Part shown: piece by piece, positions 10,001 through 22,000 of the stretch
How positions within the stretch are numbered: the first letter of the stretch is position 1
Layout of the letters: the number at the start of each line of letters is the position of its first letter
DNA from: a virus
Lineage: Duplodnaviria > Caudoviricetes
Virus record (IMG/VR): IMGVR_UViG_3300013902_000016
Coordinates: 401 to 64,400 of that record
Length of the DNA: 64,000 nt
Direction: 5' to 3' (one strand)
Made by a program: the position numbers and the translations under genes
Notes under the pieces: generated by a model
What the model saw: the letters and a program-made list of their open reading frames with translations, nothing else
Databases searched by the model: none
What the model was told of the DNA's origin: nothing

Positions 10001-13000
10001 GCCAAAGAAAGTGCCGAAAATAAAGGGACAACGGGCATAACAGAAAATGTAAGAACTGATAATGCAAAACAGAATATCCCTGCACAGTATAAATTAGTAT
10101 CAGCAGATGATTTAATATCTTCTGACATGCCTGCATATCCTCAACAGTATCAACCTAGAAATAGAAATCGTTTAGGTATGGTAGCACAGGTAGAAGATAT
10201 GTCTAACCAATTAAATCCATCCGCAGTTGTAGACCCAACAGGTAATGTAAATATGGGTTCGCCTGTCATTAATAGCAAAGGCGTTGTGTTAAATGGCAAT
10301 GGTCGTACCATGGCTATTAGAAAAGCATACAATAAAGGGAACCAATCAGCACAGGCATACAAACAATACTTAAAGGATAATGCGGAAAAGTTAGGCATAG
10401 ATCCAGCCGCAGTAGATAAAATAAAGAATCCTATGATTGTGCGCCAAGTATCTGACGATGCACCTATAGAAGACATTATTCATAGTACGGCTGGCGGCTC
10501 AAGAATGAGTGCAAGCGAACAGGCAAAGAGTGATGCAAAAAAAATACGTACATCAACGCTTGATAAATATAAGAAAGAAAATTCGCCTGATTTGTCTGCA
10601 CCATCTAATCGTGAGTTTGTTAAATCGGTACTTGATGACATTACAACAGATGCAGATAGAAACGTAATGTATACCGAAAATGGACAAATAACAAAGGAAG
10701 CTATACGACGTGTACAAGACGCCTTATTCGCAAGAGCTTATGGAGATGATTCATTACTTAACCGCATGACAGAAAGCACGGATGACAATATCCGTATAGT
10801 ATCAAAGGTTATGTTGCAGTGCGCCCCTAAAGTTGCTAAACTAAAAGAAGGACAAGAACACGGAGATTTTTATAGCGAATATGATGTATCAAACGTTATT
10901 ACACAGGCAGCAAAAGACCTGATAGAAGCACGTGAAGCAGGGAAACCAATTTCTTATAAATTACGTGAAAATGATATGTTTGAAGCGTCAAAACGCAAGG
11001 ATGATGAAGCTATAAAAATCACGCTAAAATTTTTTGACGATAACAAACGCAGACCAAGACGGATACAAGAATACGTTAATTCTCTTGCTGATTATGTCAT
11101 TGGCATGGGAAGTCCGAAACTCGAAACAGAATCCAATCCATTGTTTGACGGCGGCGAACGAATGACAATGGATGAATTAGCTAATTTTACGGAGGAAGAA
11201 ATCAATGGCGGACGAAACAGTAATTTACATGTCGAAAGTAAAAGAACTGACACCCAAACAGAAAGCGTACCTCAGACAGTGCAAGAAGAAAGCGGAACAG
11301 CAGGAAACGCAAGCATACAAAAAAGCAATGAAACAGAAGTAAAAGAAAATACCCATTTACAGCCTGTTAAAGACGCTATTGCTAATGGCAGCTATAAACT
11401 TATAGCAAAAGAAGCTGTTGAATACGCTAACAACGTTGTAAGCGGTTTAAAAGACGGCATACTTACTAAAGAACAAGCACAATTACGAGTTAATGATTTA
11501 GTAAGTGCTTTACAAACAAAAGAATCAAATGGGAATAGCGTGATGGGTAATATTCCTAAATTCATGCAGAGAACAATACTCGATGCATTGAAAATGACAA
11601 AAGATGCTATCAATGGCAATATCGAGTACGCAGGTATGAGTAAAAAAGAAACCCAAGCCGCAAAAATGCTTGATGAAACGATAAAAGGCATTAAAGATGG
11701 TTCTATCACGCCTGCAAAGGCAGATGATGAATTAAGAAATGCAAGAGTAGCAGCTAAAGAAAACGGTAAACAATCGTATGCATTTAGTAAAAAACTAAAA
11801 GAAGCAGAAGACTTCATTAAAGACAAAAACAATTACGGCACAAAACAGGAAGAACGGGAAGCTACTGAAAACAAAGAAAAGCCAGAAGAAAAACAAGAAG
11901 AAACAGTAAGACAGTCCGTTGTACAACCGTTCAAAGAAAAAGCCGACAGCATACTAAAAGCATATATGGCTAAAAAAATAAGCAGGACGAGTGCAGAACG
12001 TCGTTTAGTAAGAATTTCAGGTGATGCAAATGCCGCATATTACGGAACTTTTGATGGAATGGAAGAAGTTAAATCCCAAAACAAACTTAATTTTAGTGAA
12101 CGTTCCGCAGCACAAGACTATGCAAACGATGCAATGAAAAAAATAAAGGAAGAATATCACAAAAGGCAAGAAAAAAAGAAAGCCAAAGGAAAGCCCCAAA
12201 ATACTAAAGAAAGCCAAGCACAAGAAACAAAGGCAACGGAATCCAAAGAGGACCACAAAACAGAAAGCGAACCGGAACGCACAAGCCCTGATGAAATTGA
12301 TTTGCGTACAATCTCCATAGAAGATGCAGAACGGCAGGCTATGGAAGCGTTAGGCATTAAGCCGCATAAAAAGCCTGTACTTCCTAAACCGACAAAAGGG
12401 TCACCGAAATCAAGAAAAAGAACACCGATTAAAGATGATGAAACATTAACACTTCATATCGTCGACCAATCAGATGAAGCGTTAGCAGAAGCATTAAAAG
12501 TGTTTGATGAAGAAGCCAGCAAGTTAAATGCTAACCCCATGTTTAATCCTCGTTTAATGACAGCAGCAATGAAAATAGGTGCCATTCATTTACAGCGTGG
12601 TGCGAATAAATTTATTGACTGGCTTAAAGCTATGAACAGTACAGATAGTCGTTTAAAATCTTATGCACCAGCCGTTTGGAAAGCATTGCAAGTATTCCCT
12701 AAAAATGGTACGCTTAATGAAAAGCAAATGACCTCTCTAATTCAGTTTGTAGGCGTTATGTACCATCATGGTATAACGGATAAGACAGACCTTAGAAAAC
12801 GCTTTATAGCGGCATTGGGAGTGAAAAATGCTAGATATTTTGACACGGCATATACTGCTATTGTTGAATATCCGACGGCAGAGGAATTGAAAGGCATAGA
12901 TACCAAGGAAGAAAATACAGTTGAAGAAACATCAAATAATGAAGACAATAAAAACAGTAAAGAAGAAAGTAATAACGAACAAATTACCACAGACGAAGAA

Positions 13001-16000
13001 AATTATCATGGATTTCTTGATGGCAAAACAGAGCGTGAACAAAACGAAATACGTTCTGCTCTTAGCATGAAACACAACCCGTTTGGTTTTGCTGACGGTT
13101 TTGTTCCTATCAAAAAAACTATTGAATCAGATGCACGTGCTACACGTGATGGACGACGTAAACTTTTTTCGGAAGAAGAATTTAAAGACCGTATAGGAAG
13201 AGTTAAAAAACGTTTTAAGGATATAATGTATGACTATTACAAATATCTTTGCTCGTTGGATAGTCAGACATTATCAAAAGAAAGTAATAAAGAAACAAAA
13301 GAAAGTACAGAAAAAGGAGGAAACAACAATGAACAATTACCAAAGAGCGAAGGACTTAGCGGAGGACATACAGGAAATGAATCCGCAAAAATGGGAGGAA
13401 CTGAAAAAGCAGGGGAACCCGTTGGAAAAGCTGGAAAAGATACTGGACTTGAACGACAAGAAGAAAGAAAGAATTCGCCGTCAGATAGTAGAAGACAGGC
13501 GGGAGGAATGGAACGGGAATCCGATAAAACAAATGCAGATAGACCAAGAAGCGGAAATGATAGCACAGGAAATGGCACAAGAAGAGATAAACAATCTGTA
13601 TTAACACCAGCACAAAAGAAGAATGCGAAACTTAGTGAAGTAGCAGGACATAACTACCATATAAATGTAAAAGAAAGCGATGAAAGCGGCAGTGTAAGGG
13701 AAAAAATAACCCAAAACATTGCCGCTATTAAATTGCTCAAACAATTAGAGGCAGAAGGGCGACGTGCTACACCTGCCGAACAAGCTGTTTTGGCTAAGTA
13801 CAGCGGATGGGGAACCATTGCAGATGCTTTTACAGATAAATATGGTAAAGAAAACGCAGAACTCAAAGAAATACTTACCGAAGAAGAATACAAGAGTGCA
13901 AAAAAAGCAGCTACTACAGCATTCTATACTGATCCAAAAATAGTTAATAAAATATGGGAAGCCGTTGAAAAGCTTGGCTTTAAAGGCGGCAGAGTACTTG
14001 ACCCATCCATGGGTACAGGCGTATTCTTTGGATGTATGCCAGAAAATATTGCATCAAAATCGGCACTTACAGGCGTAGAAATTGACAACCTTACTGGACG
14101 CATAGCACAGCAGTTGTATCAAAAATCCAATATACAAATTACCGGATTTGAAAAAATGAAAGGGCTAAACAATTATTTTGATTTAGCTATTTCAAACATT
14201 CCATTTGAAAACATTCATGTGCATGATATTGAATTTGATAAATATAATTATCAGATACATAATTACTTTTTCGCTAAAGCAATGCAAAAAGTACGACCAG
14301 GTGGATTGGTTGTATTTATTACTGGTCAAGGCACTATGCAAAGTAAAAAAGATGCTGAAGTATTAAGAGTTGAATTATCGAAAAATGCCGACCTTATAGC
14401 AGCTGTAAAATTGCCAAACACGGCTTTTAAAGGGAATGCAAAAACAGATGTAACAACGGATATATTGATTCTCCAAAAACGCGAAACACCTGCCAAAAAG
14501 TCAAAATATGCACAGTTATGGGATAAGATACAGCACGTCAGTGTACAGACTGGAAAATGGATGGAGTCAACACCACTAAATGAATATTACGTAAAAAATA
14601 AGGATAACATGCTTGGCAATCCAATTGGGACAAGAACGCAATATGGAGAAATTAAATTCGTGCTTGATGGAAAAGACGTGGACTTGGAGGAACGGTTTGA
14701 CAAACTCATAGAAAAGCTTCCCAACGATGTATACCAGCCCAAAAAGAACAAACAAGGGGATACTGTAAAGGCAACTAAGACTGCGATCGCTGATTCTAAA
14801 ATGCGTGATGGTGCTTTTGTAATAAAAGACGGCGTTCCCATGCAAAACGATAACGGCGTTTTAAAAGAAGTTAAGGAAAGTAAAGCAAATAAAGGCCGCA
14901 CAGAATCTTATATCCGATTAAGAAACATCATGCAGGAATTAATAGCCGCAGAAATTGACCCGAAGTCTACTAAAGAAAAATTAAATGTATTGCGTAAAAA
15001 TCTAAATAGATTTTATGATGAATTTGTTAAGAAGTATGGGTATCTCAACGAAAGAAAGAATCACAATGCATTTGTTTCTGATCCTTCATATGGTACAGTA
15101 GAAGCATTAGAACGATGCGAATACACGAAAGAAAAAGGGAAAGCAGCTAAGATTTCAAAAGTTGAAAAAACAGCTATATTTAAAGAACGTACTATAGAAG
15201 CAATAAAAGATATTACCCGTGCAGATACAGCGGCTGATGCGTTGGCGGCGTCTTTAAATAACAAAGGCACGGTAGATATTGATTACATGGCACAGCTTAC
15301 AGGCCGTGACAAAGCTGATGTTATTCAAGAACTACATGGCAGTATTTACAAGAATCCAGTAAGCGGCAATTACGAAACAAGTGAGGAATATTTATCTGGT
15401 AACGTACTTGAGAAACTGGAATATGCAGAAGAAGCGGCTAAAACCAATCCTGCGTACAATGAAAATGTAAAAGCATTGCAAAAGGTACAGCCAATAAAAT
15501 TGCAGCCACAAGAAATATATGCTTCCCTTGGTGCTTCATGGATACCACAATCTGATGTAGAAGACTATGCAAATAGCCTCATTGATAATGATGAAGCAGT
15601 AAAAGTTTTGTATCATCCAGCATTGGGTACGTGGGAAGTCCAAACTACAGGATTTATTGACCCTGTATCTGAATATCAAACAAATCGGCGCAGTTTTGTG
15701 GAAATACTTGATGCCGCTTTAAATAATAAAGATATTAAAATAACCCATACTGAAGACAAAAAGCAGGTACAATCAAAAGAAGATATAGAAGAAACAACGC
15801 TGGCAAATCAAAAATTAGAGGATATTCGCAACAACTTTTCAAAGTGGCTATGGGAAGATGATGAACGTGCGGAAAGATTATCCGATTATTATAACCGTAC
15901 ATTTAATAATACGGCATTGCGTCAATATAGTGGCAGCCATTTAAACTTCAAAGGTATGAATGCGTCAATTAAATTACGTGATTACCAAAAAAATGCTATA

Positions 16001-19000
16001 TGGCGTATCATGCAAAATAAAAATACATTGTTAGCACATTGCGTAGGAGCTGGTAAAACATTTACTATGCAAGCAGCAGCAATGGAAATGAAACGATTGG
16101 GTATTTGTCAAAAACCATTGTTTGCTGTCCCTAAAAATGTCGTCAACCAGTTTGCAAAAGAATTCCGTATATTATACCCAAATGCAAATATTCTTATTGT
16201 AGATAGCGATACTTTACCTGCTGTACCTAATAGCACGCCTAAATCCGTAGTGAATAAAGAAACAGGCGAAGTAACGGAACAAGAGCTGACGCCTAAACAA
16301 AAAGAAAAGATAAACAATCAAAGAGTTAAACGAGTACGTGCCTTATCAAGAATTAAAACAGAAGATTGGGACGCCATTATTATTTCACATACCACACTTA
16401 ACAGGCTTGCAATGGCACCTGAAGCATATCAAGCATTCTACCAAGACCAAATAGAACAGCTTGAATTTGCTGAACGTGAAATAATGGCAATGGAAAACAA
16501 AGATGTAAATTCTAAACGGTTCTTAAAAGAATTGGAAAAGAAAAAACAGAATTTACAAGCTAAAATGGAAAAGGCTATGTCGGTAGAAAAGAAAGATATT
16601 GGCATAACATTTGAAGAACTAGGGATTGACCAAATTTTTGTTGACGAAGCGGATAAGTTTAAAAACTTGGCATTCACTACTAAACTAGGACGCATATCCG
16701 GCATTTCTTCTAATGGGTCACAGTCTGCCATGGATATGTTCATCAAAACACAGTACTTAACCAAACTGAATAATGGTCGTGGGGTAGTGTTTGCTACTGG
16801 CACACCAATTAGTAACACCATGAACGAAATGTATACCATGATGAGATACCTGAATATGGATGCCTTGAAAAATACAGGGAATGCATATTTTGATTCGTGG
16901 GTAAGTACGTTTGGACAAATCGTAACTAAGCAAGAACGTGACCCTAGCGGTGTAGGCTGGCGAAATACAAAAGCAGTTAAATTTGCCAACACCCCTGAAA
17001 TGGTACGGCAATTCCGTGAAGTTGCCGATGTAAAAAGACCGGAAGATATTAAAATAAAACGACCAAAAATAAAAGGCGGCAAACCGACAGTAATTGCAGT
17101 AGAGCCAACTGAAGCTTTAAAATCCTATATTAGAAACGACATTGCCGACCGTGTAAAAGCCATAAGAAGCGGAAACGGATTCGGGCAAAAAGGTGCAGAT
17201 AATATGCTTGCGGTAACCAATTCTTTGCGGCAAGCTTCTCTTGATATGCGTTTAATTAACCCAGCTTTAGGAGAAGAAGAAGGCGGCAAAGTACGTGCGT
17301 TGGCTGACCAAGTAACACAGGTATATGAAGATACAGAGAAAGAAAAAGGCGCACAAATCATCTTTTGCGACTTATCAACACCAAAGGGAACATCTGATAA
17401 AATTGACGAAAAAACAACGGATGACGACAACTCAAAAGAATCTCAAGACATGTATGCTCGTATCATGAAAGCCTTATTACAAAAAGGGATACCAAAGAAC
17501 CAAATTGCATTTGTTCATGATGCAAAAAACGACGAAGAAAAGCAACAGCTCTTTGAAAAAGTTGATAGTGGCGAACTAAGAGTGCTTATTGGCTCTACTG
17601 AAAAAATGGGCGCAGGGACAAACTTTCAGCACCATTTAGCAGCATTACACCATTTTACATGCCCATGGCGTCCTCGTGACCTTGAGCAGCGTGAAGGACG
17701 TATTTTACGTTACGGGAACATGTTTGATGAAGTACAGATTTTTGAATATGTAACCAAAGATAGCTACGATGCTAACATGTGGGAAAAGGTAAAAAATAAG
17801 GCAATGACTATAGCTCAAGCAATGAGCGGCGACTTAACTACCCGTATTGTTGACGATGCCGATAACGGAGCTATTACTTATGCAGAAGCCGAAGCACTTG
17901 CTACTGGGAACCCCTTGATGCGTGAAAAAACAGAAGTAGATACAGAAGTAATGCGATATAAAGGAATGTTGTCAGGACATTTACGTGAAGTATCGAATGC
18001 ACAAAGAGAAATAAAAATACATGCACCAGAAATCCCTAATAACAAAGCCAAAATGGAACGAATAAAAAAAGACATTGCACAGCGGCAGGATTTAAGCGGA
18101 GATAAATTTAAGGCAACAATCGACGGTAAAACATACACTGAAAGAAAGAATGCAGATAAGGCTCTTTTAACCGCCATAAAAGACTTGAAGAACAACACTG
18201 TTGAAGAAATCGGCAGCATTGGCGGTTTTGCTATTAAGGCAAGAAAAGAAGTCGATTATAGTAGTGATAAAGGCGTCCACTATATAACCAAAATCACCCT
18301 TGTAAAAAATTTCTCATATGAAGCTGGCCCATCTATAAAAAGCATTGAAAGCACGATAAACAGCAAACCTGAAACAACATTAAAAGACACGGAAAAAGAA
18401 ACGGAAAAATTAAACAATTCTATTAAAGCATGGGAAAAAACGGCAGGGGCTAAGTTTAAATATCAAGATAAGCTTGATGCGCTTTTGAAACGCCAAAAAG
18501 AAATCAACGACGAATTTGACAAAATAGAAAATAGCACAAACGAAAGCACAGAGAATAACGAAGAAACGACGCCAGCAGAGTATTCTGTACGTGATAACAG
18601 CAAAGAAATACAACGTTCCATACAGGAAGTCAAAGACGAAATAAAGAACGCTTTACCGACGGCAAAAGACGTTACAGAAGATGGCAATACAATTACATTT
18701 ATAATGCCGAATGATTCTAAAATTGTCGTAGATGTTCAAAATCAAATCGCACTGACAGCTGAACAATTAGCACAAGCAAAAAAAGACCACAACATAGACG
18801 GTAATGTTGTAGTCGAAGGGTATGCCAAGAAGTATGGCAAAGATGCCTATATTGCTTTGTCACAGGGTGCCCGAAAAGGTACAGGGTATCATGAAGTATA
18901 TCATGTGGCAGAAGATACCGTGCTGAATGACAAAGAAAAAGCAGCTCTTAGAAAGAAATATCCAAATGAAGAAATGCGTGCAGATAAATACGCCGAATGG

Positions 19001-22000
19001 GTGGAAGCAAGAAAACACGGCAAAGGTACGTTGTTTGGCAAATTATTCCGTAAGATACAAGATTTTGCAAAGAAAATGCAGGCTATTCTCACACGCACCG
19101 AAAACGTACATAACGTATTCCGCAAGATTGAAAGCGGTGAAGTATGGAACCGTAAAGCGGAAGAGTCTGAAGCGGCTAACGCAAAACTTGCTAAAGCTGC
19201 ACGGCAAAAGCTACAAGAAGATATGCAGGCGTTTAGCAAAAGTGTAGATGACTTTATGAATGGCAAGTTGCCACCCAAAGATGTAAAAGTTATGACTACA
19301 CCCTTAGTTATGAATCTTATTGGTGAAAAACTTTTGCCAATATATATACATACTAACGTTATGGAAAAAATACTAAAAGGCAAACATAGTGGAGAAATGA
19401 GTACTGGAATTGTCAAAAAGATTCCAAAAGAATTAACCGACCCATTAATGATATTAAAAGCCATTAATAACCAAGGCGTAGAATCTAAGAATCAAAAGAT
19501 TGTAGTTATTGATTTAAAAAACAATTATGGGGCAACAATTATGGTTCCGTTTATTATGGATGTAAAAGCAAATCGGTATGAATTATCCAATGTTATTGAA
19601 AGTGCATATGGAAGAGGAAATAAAAGACCGAATGACAAGTGGTATATCAAACGGTTAAAACGTGGCGATGCTGTTTATGCCAATAAAAAAAGAATCGACC
19701 ACTGGCTAAAAACACTTTCATTAGCCGAAGCTCATAATGGCTTACTAGTGGTCGATTCCTTTAATTTGTCTACGATTATACCAGATGAAACAGATTTAGG
19801 CAAGTTAAAAAGAGAAAATCCGACAAAATATTCTATACGAAAAACGCAAGATACCCCGCTTAACCCGAAAGAAAGAGAACAGGAACAACGCAAGGAAGAC
19901 ATACTGAAAGCAATAAACGATATAGTCCCTGTATATACGAAATCAGATGTAAAGAAAAACAGTACAACTGAAACATACTACGACAGACGGCAAAAAGCAG
20001 GCTTTGTAAAAACACCGACAATCCGTGAATATGGTAGAATCTTAGCACTCAATCTCGACCAGCAACTGAAGCTAAAGAACAATATGGAACTCACAACGAA
20101 CGTTAAGCAGGAACTGGAAAAGAACAAGGCTTATGCAGCAGTAATGGGCGATAAAATCAAAGATATGACGCCTATACAGGCACGTGCAGAGGGCGTATCT
20201 ATCTTTGGCTCGCTGTATTTCAATGGTAACGAAGAAGCCGCCGCCGCACGCTTCCCGAAATACTATGAAGCATTTAAAAATGCCTTGAAAGAAAATGAAG
20301 AATTGAATGATAAGGTAAACCATATTACTGAAATGATTGGTGATTACAAAGCACAGAATCCAGTGCTTAGAGCTAACAGCGGCATGCAGATGCATGACAA
20401 AAGAAAGAAGACTACTAAAGATAAAGTAAGTGACATTCTTAATTCTTTATATACTGACTTTGTTGATGAGCAACACCCACTTACTACGATAACTAAAATG
20501 GCAAAACGCCAAACCGGAAAAGCCATTATGTATAAATATGATGTACATAAACAAGCACTTATGGCAAAAGGTAATGCACAGGCAAAAACTAACCTGTTAT
20601 TGAACAGCGGCAAAAACAAGGAGTTTGCTATAAAAGCATTAAATGAAATGTTCCATGGGGCAATACAATATAAAGTCAATATGAATGATATTATGGATGC
20701 CATTAAAAATGTACCGCAGGAAGAACTTGAAAAAATCGGCGCAGACGATGCACGGCAGGGGCTGGCTAAATACTTAATTGCCATGCGTACAAATGAATTA
20801 AGCAAAGCCCTTGACAATGATTATGTCCGTCCTGACGGATTCGATGAAGAAGCATGTTACAATATTATTAAAAACGCACCTGAAAGCATAAAAACAGCCG
20901 CTAAAATGGTGTGGGACTTCAATAAGAACATGATAAACATCATGCAGCAGCAGGGACTTATCAATAAAAAATCTGCCGACACCATGAGAAAATATGCCCA
21001 TTACGTGCCGATGTATCACGATATGAGCGACATGCAGGATATTGATGATTTTATCGGAGCAGTAGGAAAAGGCGGCAGAGGATTCGTAGACATAAAGCCC
21101 AACATCTATGAAATAAAGGGCGGTAATGAACGAGCTATTATTGACCCAATAGAAAGCATGGTACGCATGACAGTAACGTTGTTAGATAAGTGTCAACGGA
21201 ACAATGTAGGCAAAACACTAGCACGTATTAACCAAGACTTTGAAGGAATGGGAAGTATTATTGCTAAAGACCCCACCTTGAAGCACGAAGACCCAAAAAA
21301 ATGTGCATTTTCCGTATATATAGGCGGCAAAAAGGTAATATACCGCACAACACCGGAAGTATATTCTATTCTTACACAAGTTGACGAAAACACAACAAAT
21401 ATGATTGCATCTATATGTCGATCAATGGCTAAGATGAAGCGTATTGGTGCCACCATTACTCCATCTTTTATTTGCCGAAATCTTATAAGAGATAGCATTT
21501 TTGCTGGAATAACATCGAAGACTGGTTTTATACCATTTGTTGATACATTCCGTGGTATGGAAAAATTAATTACTGATAAAGAATTTAAGGCACAGTATCT
21601 TGCAAGTGGAGCATCAATGGGCACGTTTATTCGTTCTGATATAGAAGGCTCAAAAGATTTATTAAAAGAAATTACAGGAGATAAATACAGCTCGTGGCCT
21701 AAAGGATTAAAACAAATAGCACAACTTACTAATGCAGTATGGGATTTTTACAAGCAAATAGGTGACGTTATTGAAGATAGTAACCGTGCTGGTGAATTTA
21801 TGCGTGCAAGAAAAAAAGGTATCGGGCTTGAAGAGGCTGGCTATCTTGCAAAAGAAGTAACGTTGAACTTTGGCAGGCATGGGAGAATTGGTAAAAAATG
21901 GAATAGATATATTCCGTTTTTTAATGCCACAATTCAGGGAACAGATAAACTTGTACGTGCATTTATAGATAACCCCGCAAGAACATCTTTTATGATTGCC

